A model generated the notes under the pieces. That model saw only the letters and a program-made list of their open reading frames with translations. It was not told the DNA's origin and made no database searches. From Nostoc sp. PCC 7120 = FACHB-418 (lineage in GTDB: Bacteria > Cyanobacteriota > Cyanobacteriia > Cyanobacteriales > Nostocaceae), in NCBI RefSeq assembly GCF_000009705.1, contig NC_003272.1, forward strand, positions 1,050,001 to 1,082,000: a stretch of 32,000 nt of DNA, in the 5' to 3' direction. Numbering within the stretch: position 1 is the first letter of the stretch; the number at the start of each line of letters is the position of its first letter. This document shows, one piece after another, positions 18,680 to 26,560 of the stretch. The translations under genes were made by a program, and so were the position numbers.

Positions 18680-18883
18680 ATGACAGATAACCAAGTCCAA
18701 ATTCACCTACTTGTTGGTATCAGGGGGTTGACTTTATTGGTTTTCTACACCGAAACTGATTGCTGGCAGTTCCGGTTTCTCAGTTTGGGTGGTGCTGTAT
18801 TTGGAGAACGCAAAATATATTTCACAGCCCAAGCAGCTGAACAAGCCGGACGTGAATGGATTAATAAAGATTTTGAGGATTGA
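18680..18883 (+). CDS. Hypothetical small protein (67 aa)
   Basis: Intact ORF with non-repetitive composition in the variable islet. No family recognised. Confidence 0.4.
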   Translation: MTDNQVQIHLLVGIRGLTLLVFYTETDCWQFRFLSLGGAVFGERKIYFTAQAAEQAGREWINKDFED

Positions 18884-19137
18884 GTCAGCAGTATGTAAAC
18901 CTAAGAAATAGTTAGTTCCCCTGGCTTTTGCAAGCGACGTTTACGTGCATAAAATTGAATAATTACTGCAAATAGTAGAGAATTTAGAGTGGACAGAAGT
19001 CAAACTGACGGCTCCTGAATGATTTGAGATGGAAAGTGCTTGGTTAGTGGTAGCCAAAAATCATCGGGTGAATCGGGATTGGAAAGCTTTAATACAGCGT
19101 CATCCAGAAAACACTCTTCGCAAACCTTTATGCTGAG

Positions 19138-19575
19138 TTATCCAGAAATACCAGCATCTATAAAGCAATTATCTTTATCCATTGTGATAAGAATACAGTG
19201 TCCAAAAAATAGATTTCCATCGTTATAGTAGAACGCCACTTCACCATCTGGAGAAAAGACTAATCCTTCAAGCATCATTCGGTTTTTGAAATCTTCAGGT
19301 GTTAAAAATATCTCGTCTTCATCGAGCCATGTTTCATTCTTAAGTTCTAACAATTTTTTTACAGCATATTCTTCTGCATTTTTAGCATAATGCTTCAGAT
19401 GTCTTACAAAACTACTAGCTCTAGTCAATATTGATTCGAGTTTATTGTTATCTTCTATTGAAATGCTAATTGAAAGTTGTGTTTCATAAAAAACGACTTG
19501 ACCTTCATAACAATCAAATTTGGTGTCATACCTTAGCTCTCCTAAAATTTCGTGCTTGATATTGGATAAATTCAT
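19138..19575 (-). CDS. DUF2262-like hypothetical protein
   Basis: The C-terminal half (LELKNETWLDEDE..LTPEDF...LEGLVFSPDGEVAFYYNDGNLFFGHCILI....DAGISG) matches my recollection of the DUF2262 pattern. The gene is visibly more AT-rich than its neighbours. Confidence 0.65.
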   Translation of the reverse strand: MNLSNIKHEILGELRYDTKFDCYEGQVVFYETQLSISISIEDNNKLESILTRASSFVRHLKHYAKNAEEYAVKKLLELKNETWLDEDEIFLTPEDFKNRMMLEGLVFSPDGEVAFYYNDGNLFFGHCILITMDKDNCFIDAGISG

Positions 19576-20027
19576 GTGTTGAGCAATGATGAAATAAATA
19601 TACGAAATTAATTGAGAAAGATTGTCTAATTATTAATTAATTTGGCATTTACTACTAATTTGAGTTTAAGTTACAACCAGTTATAGCTGAATTTTGTTGT
19701 GATTAAAGCTTAAAATATATTGATTCTTTTATCAACCAATCAATCTTATGGGTACACAACCAGAAAACATGAGGTTATGCTCTTAATGCTTGTTACAGCA
19801 GATAGTAGAAAATGACATCTGTAGCTCAACGTCAGATGAGAAGCGCACAAAATTTCTTACTTTATTCACCAAAAGCAAGCCATAGGAATGATTTTAAGAG
19901 CCAATGCGGTGCATTTCTATTGCTCGGCCGCACTAATGATACTGGTGTTTGTTCTGGAACTGACAAAGCAAAACCTGTATCAACCAGTATGTTTAGCTAT
20001 GATTCGCATACATAAACGGAAGGTAAT

Positions 20028-20315
20028 ATGGCAAATCCTCTTTCTTCATTGTTGAGAAAGATAATGAAGCATAGTCCACTGCAATCATCAGCAAATAGGG
20101 TGATCTTGACGCTCGTGCTTATTTTTGCTTTTATCATCGTTTTATTTGTGTACGGTGGTTACCGAGATAACGCTCTCATCACAGCTTGTAAAGAACAAGG
20201 TGGTACTCTCGTTTACCGTACACAAGTTCAAGAATTTTTAGACGACGGACGAGGTAGTGGGGGTATTAGCCAAGAATTTCAGGTTTTTGATTATTGTAAA
20301 TTTGATTCTAAATAA
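20028..20315 (+). CDS. Hypothetical small membrane-anchored protein (95 aa)
   Basis: GGAAGG Shine-Dalgarno 6 nt upstream of the ATG, one TM helix (VILTLVLIFAFIIVLFVYGG) and a short soluble tail with two Cys. Confidence 0.5.
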   Translation: MANPLSSLLRKIMKHSPLQSSANRVILTLVLIFAFIIVLFVYGGYRDNALITACKEQGGTLVYRTQVQEFLDDGRGSGGISQEFQVFDYCKFDSK

Positions 20316-20457
20316 TCTACCCGATACTCACACCTGTTTAGGAGAAACAGCCATTGTCGAGCAAGGAGATTGCACAGTTGGGGCGGCTGAAAGCCTTATA
20401 AATGAAGATTTTGAGGTAAGTAATTTGATTTTTTTTGAATTAGCTTTCTTACTTACA

Positions 20458-20490
20458 GATGGGGTATAGGAAATTTTTCCCTACCCCATC
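20458..20490. terminator. Hairpin between the convergent small ORF and the CheA gene (possible terminator)
   Basis: GATGGGGTA (20458-20466) pairs with TACCCCATC (20482-20490). There is no clean U-tract on either strand. Confidence 0.35.
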
Positions 20491-20497
20491 CCCAAAT

Positions 20498-23400
20498 TTA
20501 AGCGTTACCGTGACTGACTAACTTTTCCCCTTTCAACATCCGCACTGCGGCTTCTAGTAAAGCCTCTTCTAGGTAAGGTTTGGTGAAGTATCCACTAGCA
20601 CCGAGTTGAATTGCCATTTGTCTGTGTTTATCTGCACCTCTTGAGGTGAGCATAGCAATGGGTAAATGGTTAAGGGTGGAGTCTTTTTGAATACGTGAGA
20701 GCAACTCTAGACCGTCGCAACGAGGCATTTCAATATCGCAGAAGACGATATCACAAGGTAGACCAGAACGCAGCTTGTCCCAGGCTTCCTGACCATCACG
20801 AGCTTGTTCAACGCGATAACCCGCTTTATTAAAGGTGAGGGATAGCAATTCTCGGACGGTGATGGAGTCATCAACAATCAGCACAGTCGGATCAATCTTC
20901 ACAGCCGGAACTTCGATCGCAATTGGTGGTGTCTGTTGCCAAGGTGCGCCACCAGCGTGTTTAGACATTCTTCCTTGGAAGATATCGATAATTTCCAGTA
21001 CATCAGCAATGGGCATAATGCGACCATCACCCAAAACTGTAGCCCCTGCTACACCTATTGGCTTAGGTGCTGGGCCTTCAAATTGTTTAATAACAATTTC
21101 TTGCTCACTCAATACTTGGTCAATCTGGAGAGCGATTAAAGTATTACCCGATCGCACGACGACGACAGAAATCATATCATCATCCCTGGTTCCTCCGTAG
21201 ACGTTACCGCGACCGAGTTGGCGATTGAAAGTTAACAGGTCTTTCAACGGTCGGAAGGGTAAGACTGTATCCCGCCAAGAAATGAATGATTGTCCATCAG
21301 GATTATGTTGGACGTTTTTGCTTGGTATATCTAAGGTATCTTCCACACCATCCATCGAGAAGGCGATCCGTGCTTTATCGGATACACAGCACAGAGCCTT
21401 ACAAATACTCAAGGTTAATGGTAGACGAATTGTGAAGGTGGTTCCTTTGCCAACAGTAGAATCTGTATTTACCGCCCCGCGAATTTCGCTAATTTCGGAA
21501 CGCACCACATCCATTCCCACACCACGACCAGCAATTTCATCAGCTTCATCTTTGGTACTAAAACCAGACTGGAACAGTAGGTCATAAATTTCCAGGCGGG
21601 AAATAGTTCTAGCCTGTTCTAGTGTCATGATTCCCAACTTCACTGCTTTGGCCTTGATCCGTTCTGGATCAATTCCTGCGCCGTCATCCCCTACAGAAAT
21701 TACAGTTTGGTTTCCTTGGTGAAAGGCGCGGATGGTAATAGTTCCCACGGGTGGTTTACCTGCGGCTTCCCTGATTTCCGGGGTTTCTATACCATGAGCG
21801 ATCGCATTGTTGAGCATATGGGTCAGTGGGTCATTGAGATGATCCAAAATCATCTTGTCAATGAGGGTATCGCCACCTTCAATCAATAATTCCACCTGTT
21901 TACCAAACTTGATCGCATTGTCGCGCACTCCTCGCCGCAAACGGTCAATTGTCTGAGAAAATGGCACCATCCGGGCGCGTGTCAGCCCTTCTTGCAGTTG
22001 AGTTGTAACTTGGCGGAATTGTCTGGCTACTCGTTCGGTTTCTTCGGTGACGAAATCAATGTCACTCGCTGACTCCCTCACCCTGACAATCAATTCAATC
22101 ATTTCCTGAGACAGTGTGTGGAAGGGAGTAAAGCGATCCATTTCTAATTCACTAAAACCGCGATCGCTATTTGCATCCGGTACTTCGTAGACAGGCTCTC
22201 TAGTTTTGCGACTAGCTAATAAAGATGCTTCTAAAAGCGATCGCTCATACAACTCCTGCATCCTTGCACCTACGTCTGAGAGCTGTTGCACCTGGACTAG
22301 CAAGTTATCTAATGATTGTCTCAGTCGTTCATGATCCTGCTCTAAGGTGTTGCGATTGACTACTAATTCACCGACCAAATTGCTCATTTCATCCAACTGC
22401 TTGACCGGCACTTTCATCGTTTCTTCAAATCTCGCCGTCCGTCGATTAGAAGTACGCGGAGTTTTGCCTACTGTTGGTTTGACTGGTGATGAGTGGGAGA
22501 TAGTTTGGTCTGCTTCTGCTAACAGTTTCTCCAGATCACTAAATTCATCTCCTAATGGCGCTGGTGTTACAGAAACAGGAGGAGGTGTTTTGATGATTTT
22601 AGCTACAGCAGGTGGTTCATCCAGTACTGTTTCCGGACTGTCTTCACCCAGAAGTGCTTCTAAAGCTGCAAAATCATCTCCTGCTATGGAGTCGTTATCA
22701 GCACTGGATGTAGCTTCTTCTATTTCTAACAATGCTTCTAAATCAGCAAAATCATCTTGAATATAAGTATCTGACTTGACTGATTCTGGGATATCTACTT
22801 CAGTAGAAGCCACATTTTCCACTTCAAACTCGGCTACGTCCTTCGTGGCTGGAGTTATATCTACTAAAAGCCCTGATGAATCTGCAATGTCTTCTGGATT
22901 TTCATCATTGGTCAGAGCTAGCTCCAATTCGCTAGATTCTGAAGTAGATAAAGTAATATCCTCAACCGGAATATCTGTGAAGTTGTGAGTTTCCGCGATT
23001 AACTCATCTAAGGTTAATTCCGATAAATCATCATCTAACTCCAGTTCACTAGTTTCTGCAACTGTTTCTAAACGAGAGGAATCATCAGTCTCATCAAAAG
23101 TGATATCTGTCAAATCACTAGTTGCGGCTGATAAATCATCACCTAACTCCAGTTCACTAGTTTCTGCAACTATTTCTAAACGAGAGGAATCATCAGTCTC
23201 ATCAAAAGTGATATCTGTCAAATCACTAGTTGCGGCTGATAAATCATCACCTAACTCCAGTTCACTAGTTTCTGCAACTGTTTCTAAACGAGAGGAATCA
23301 TCAGGCTCATCAAAAGTGATATCTGTCAAATCACTAGTTAAGGCTGATAAATCATCATCTAAATCCAGTTCACTAGTTTCTGCAACTGTTTCTAAACGAG

Positions 23401-26400
23401 AGGAATCATCAGTCTCATCAAAAGTGATATCTGTCAAATCACTAGTTAAGACTGATAAATCATCATCTAAATCCAGTTCACTAGTTTCTGCAACTGTTTC
23501 TAAACGAGAGGAATCATCAGGCTCATCAAAAGTGATATCTGTCAAATCACTAGTTAAGGCTGATAAATCATCATCTAAATCCAGTTCACTAGTTTCTGCA
23601 ACTGTTTCTAAACGAGAGGAATCATCAGGCTCATCAAAAGTGATATCTGTCAAATCACTAGTTAAGGCTGATAAATCATCACCTAACTCCAGTTCATTAG
23701 TTTCTGCAACTGTTTCTAAACGAGAGGAATCATCAGTCTCATCAAAAGTGATATCTGTCAAATCACTAGTTGCGGCTGATAAATCATCACCTAACTCCAG
23801 TTCACTAGTTTCTGCAACTGTTTCTAAACGAGAGGAATCATCAGTCTCATCAAAAGTGATATCTGTCAAATCACTAGTTAAGGCTGATAAATCATCATCT
23901 AAATCCAGTTCATTAGTTTCTGCAACTGCTGGTGCTGAAAAATCAATACCTGTTTCTAAACCAGAGGAATCGTTTGTTTTTTCAACTGATTGCTGTACAT
24001 CTAAAACGCTTGCAGTTGTGAATAAATCATTATTATCTGAAGTTTCTCTACTTTCTATAACCAGAGAATGGTTATTCTCATTTATTTCACTAAATAAATC
24101 AACTTCCGATTCGTCAACAGGAGATAATTCTTGAATTTGGGTGGTAAATTCGGGGATAAAATCTAAAACTTCTGGTTGTTGTGAAAAATCATGAATTTCT
24201 GGTGAGGAAACTTCACTACTTTCTCTTAAGAATTGGATGTCATCACTAATAATATTAATCCCATGAGTATCATGCGTATTTGCGGTTAATTCCTCAAATA
24301 AATCATCACCTGTATCTGATGCAAATAGCAAATCTAACTGCTGCTCGTCCTGCAAGAAAGTGATATTTAAATCATCTGGATCTAAACTTTCATTCAATGG
24401 TGATGTAAATTGTCGGTTTTCAACAAAAATATCTCCAGAAGCCGCAGCCTCAAACAAACTCTCTTCTAAAGCCTGAGCTATATCTTCCTCTATTGCAGAC
24501 TCTAATATTTGCTCCGGTTCTACTTCAGTTTCCGAGTTCCATAAATCCGCTAAGTTATCTACTGTTGGTGCAAATTCTAATGTTGTTGCTGGTGGTAAAT
24601 CAAATAAATCACTAATTTCTGATTTATCGGTTGATAATTCCGTATTTTCTTCTAAATCATTAAATAAGTTATTTAATGATAAATCTTCTGACAATGTTAT
24701 TAGCTGCGGCTCGGAATTAGTAGGTAGCTTAGTGTCTTCTAAACCCACCACATTTATATCTGTATCTAAAAACAAATCATCAAAATTACTTGAAACTTTT
24801 GTCTGCTCTAATTCATTGCCAGCCTGTATTTTATCATTGATCTTCAATGCCAATAAATCGTCTATGACATCATTGGAATCTGGTAACTGGTTAGTATTAT
24901 CTCTAGCTTCTTGTATTATTTCACCGGCAGTAACTGGGGCTTTAAATAAATCAAGTGATTCTAAATTATTTTTTTCTAAGAAGTTTTCCCCAAACAATAA
25001 GCTTAAGTCTTCTGTATTATTTATAGTGTTCTCAGTCTCTTCTTTATCTTCTTCCAGTGATAGAAAATCGGCGATATCACTATCAACTTCTTCACCTGTA
25101 CTTTCGCTGGCATCCACACCTAAATTACTAGTATTGTTAATATCAATAATTTCTTCTTGTTGCCATGTTTCATCGAATTCTGGTGTCTCACCCTCAAACA
25201 AGTCAGCAAGAGTATTTAACTCAGCTAATCCTACTTCTGGCCCGTGGGTGTGAGTTTTGTTAGTAGTATAGGTTGTTTGGTCGTGATGATCAAATGGAAT
25301 ATCCTTGTGTGCAATATTTTCTGCTATTACACTTTGCGGCGCAAGTTGCTCAGAGATTTCGGTGAGACTAGTTACACTGTCTTTTGGTGACTCAATTAAA
25401 GGCGCCCTAATTTCCTTATTAGTAATTGTAGGTTCAGGTGTGGGGGTTATTGGTGTTATGAATGATTGACTAATAGCAGTGGGAACATCACCAAGTAAAT
25501 TTTGTGCTACTTCTAACAAGGGCATTTCTGGAAAACCCCAGAGTGCTTCTAGTCGGTGACTAATTGTGATCTCAGATTCCCTACTTCGCAGAACTAATTC
25601 TTGAGCCTGTTTAATTTCTGTAATGACAATTTTAGCTAAAGTCAGATAAGTATTTTCTTGATTAGCGATCGCATTAGCTGCGGCTTTGCATAAATTACAC
25701 CAGTTAGGCAAATTCCACGTTTTTCCCAGTTTGACTAGCTGATTGCAGCAGTCCTGTAACTTCTGCCGAGATGCTGATGTTGCTGGTTGCTTAAATATTT
25801 GCAACATCTCCCTGAGTGTTTGTAAAACCTGGGATTGAAACTCACTCCACTGATCGCTATCTGTAGCAACAACGGGAGAATAGGTTGGTAAAACTGGAGA
25901 GGTTTTGGGGGTTACTTCTGCTGGAGTTGCAACATCTTGGCCAAAGAATATTCCTGTGAATGTAACCACACTATCTGCTGTGTTTGGCTTACTTACTGTA
26001 TGGTCACCAATTTCAGCAGTGCCACCTTTTTGTACCAGTTGTTCCAAATGCTCATGTAGCCATTGAAAAACTGGCTCAGTTTCCGACATCAAAGTATTAG
26101 CAACTTCTTCTGATAAACCAAACGGCCCACTTAGCTGTTCTAATAGCGCTTTCAGGGTATCAGACACACCAAGAAATAACGACTCTAGTTTTTGGTCAAC
26201 CTGAATTGGATTGTCTTTAAGAATTTTGAAACAATCTTCTAAACGATGGGAAGTGTGCTGAATGCTAGTTAAACCAAGCATTGCTGCTCCCCCTTTAATG
26301 GAGTGAGCCGCCCGGAAAACTTCGTTGATCATTTCCGGGTCGTTTAAGGTACTTTCAAGATTGAGCAACCCCTGTTCGATTGTATTCAGGTGGTCTCTCG

Positions 26401-26449
26401 CCTCTTCGATAAAGTAACCCAAAATCCTCTGTTGTTGTTCCGGCAGCAT
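20498..26449 (-). CDS. hmpE: Hybrid CheA-like histidine kinase of the Hmp/Pil motility chemosensory system (Hpt, ~1200-aa acidic linker, kinase core, CheW domain, REC)
   Basis: Hpt motif FRAAHSIKGGAAMLGL, N-box HMLNNAIAHGIE, G1 DDGAGID, G2 GRGVGMDVV, a CheW-like domain and a C-terminal REC (LIVDDS...CDIEMPRCDG...KP). Equivalent to Synechocystis PilL and Nostoc punctiforme HmpE. Confidence 0.95.
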   Translation of the reverse strand: MLPEQQQRILGYFIEEARDHLNTIEQGLLNLESTLNDPEMINEVFRAAHSIKGGAAMLGLTSIQHTSHRLEDCFKILKDNPIQVDQKLESLFLGVSDTLKALLEQLSGPFGLSEEVANTLMSETEPVFQWLHEHLEQLVQKGGTAEIGDHTVSKPNTADSVVTFTGIFFGQDVATPAEVTPKTSPVLPTYSPVVATDSDQWSEFQSQVLQTLREMLQIFKQPATSASRQKLQDCCNQLVKLGKTWNLPNWCNLCKAAANAIANQENTYLTLAKIVITEIKQAQELVLRSRESEITISHRLEALWGFPEMPLLEVAQNLLGDVPTAISQSFITPITPTPEPTITNKEIRAPLIESPKDSVTSLTEISEQLAPQSVIAENIAHKDIPFDHHDQTTYTTNKTHTHGPEVGLAELNTLADLFEGETPEFDETWQQEEIIDINNTSNLGVDASESTGEEVDSDIADFLSLEEDKEETENTINNTEDLSLLFGENFLEKNNLESLDLFKAPVTAGEIIQEARDNTNQLPDSNDVIDDLLALKINDKIQAGNELEQTKVSSNFDDLFLDTDINVVGLEDTKLPTNSEPQLITLSEDLSLNNLFNDLEENTELSTDKSEISDLFDLPPATTLEFAPTVDNLADLWNSETEVEPEQILESAIEEDIAQALEESLFEAAASGDIFVENRQFTSPLNESLDPDDLNITFLQDEQQLDLLFASDTGDDLFEELTANTHDTHGINIISDDIQFLRESSEVSSPEIHDFSQQPEVLDFIPEFTTQIQELSPVDESEVDLFSEINENNHSLVIESRETSDNNDLFTTASVLDVQQSVEKTNDSSGLETGIDFSAPAVAETNELDLDDDLSALTSDLTDITFDETDDSSRLETVAETSELELGDDLSAATSDLTDITFDETDDSSRLETVAETNELELGDDLSALTSDLTDITFDEPDDSSRLETVAETSELDLDDDLSALTSDLTDITFDEPDDSSRLETVAETSELDLDDDLSVLTSDLTDITFDETDDSSRLETVAETSELDLDDDLSALTSDLTDITFDEPDDSSRLETVAETSELELGDDLSAATSDLTDITFDETDDSSRLEIVAETSELELGDDLSAATSDLTDITFDETDDSSRLETVAETSELELDDDLSELTLDELIAETHNFTDIPVEDITLSTSESSELELALTNDENPEDIADSSGLLVDITPATKDVAEFEVENVASTEVDIPESVKSDTYIQDDFADLEALLEIEEATSSADNDSIAGDDFAALEALLGEDSPETVLDEPPAVAKIIKTPPPVSVTPAPLGDEFSDLEKLLAEADQTISHSSPVKPTVGKTPRTSNRRTARFEETMKVPVKQLDEMSNLVGELVVNRNTLEQDHERLRQSLDNLLVQVQQLSDVGARMQELYERSLLEASLLASRKTREPVYEVPDANSDRGFSELEMDRFTPFHTLSQEMIELIVRVRESASDIDFVTEETERVARQFRQVTTQLQEGLTRARMVPFSQTIDRLRRGVRDNAIKFGKQVELLIEGGDTLIDKMILDHLNDPLTHMLNNAIAHGIETPEIREAAGKPPVGTITIRAFHQGNQTVISVGDDGAGIDPERIKAKAVKLGIMTLEQARTISRLEIYDLLFQSGFSTKDEADEIAGRGVGMDVVRSEISEIRGAVNTDSTVGKGTTFTIRLPLTLSICKALCCVSDKARIAFSMDGVEDTLDIPSKNVQHNPDGQSFISWRDTVLPFRPLKDLLTFNRQLGRGNVYGGTRDDDMISVVVVRSGNTLIALQIDQVLSEQEIVIKQFEGPAPKPIGVAGATVLGDGRIMPIADVLEIIDIFQGRMSKHAGGAPWQQTPPIAIEVPAVKIDPTVLIVDDSITVRELLSLTFNKAGYRVEQARDGQEAWDKLRSGLPCDIVFCDIEMPRCDGLELLSRIQKDSTLNHLPIAMLTSRGADKHRQMAIQLGASGYFTKPYLEEALLEAAVRMLKGEKLVSHGNA
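23022..23929. repeat. In-frame 108-bp tandem repeat array (about 8.4 copies) inside the CheA-like gene
   Basis: The phase marker CCAGTTCA(C/T)T occurs at 23041, 23149, 23257, 23365, 23473, 23581, 23689, 23797 and 23905, an exact 108-nt spacing. Units encode DDSSRLETVAETSELELGDDLSAATSDLTDITFDET and differ at only a few positions. Confidence 0.95.
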
Positions 26450-26456
26450 AGTTTTT

Positions 26457-26556
26457 TAGTCAATAGTCAATAGTCAATAGTCAACAGTCAACAGTCAACA
26501 GTCATTAGTCATTAGTCAATTAAGTAAACTTTGGACTTTGGACTTTGGACTAATGA
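26457..26556. repeat. STRR heptamer arrays filling the MCP-CheA intergenic spacer
   Basis: Nine contiguous heptamers (TAGTCAA x4, CAGTCAA x2, CAGTCAT, TAGTCAT, TAGTCAA) run from 26457 to 26519. The CAGTCAA units are a permutation of STRR3 CAACAGT. They are followed by ACTTTGG x3 plus two degenerate units at 26528-26562. Confidence 0.9.
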
Positions 26557-26560
26557 CTAA

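Noticed and set aside
19812-20015. 67-aa plus-strand ORF, with 19040-19228 and 20257-20469
   Set aside because: There are no motifs, the composition is odd, and the ORFs overlap better-supported ORFs or hairpins. The minus strand of 19812-20015 showed only broken frames I could not assign.
20835-22988. Several 60-137-aa plus-strand ORFs (20835, 20936, 21225, 21707, 22347, 22776), and 24732-25253
   Set aside because: All lie antisense inside the CheA gene and none shows a recognisable motif.
23100-24134. 344-aa plus-strand ORF with a striking SSS/KSL repeat pattern
   Set aside because: It is the antisense frame of the 108-bp repeat array in the CheA gene. Because the repeat has no stop in that frame, each copy extends the ORF. 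The minus-strand frame is continuous with bona fide Hpt and kinase domains.
22990-26560. CRISPR array hypothesis for the 108-bp and heptamer repeats
   Set aside because: The repeats are directly contiguous with no unique spacers. One array is inside a continuous reading frame, and no cas genes are present.
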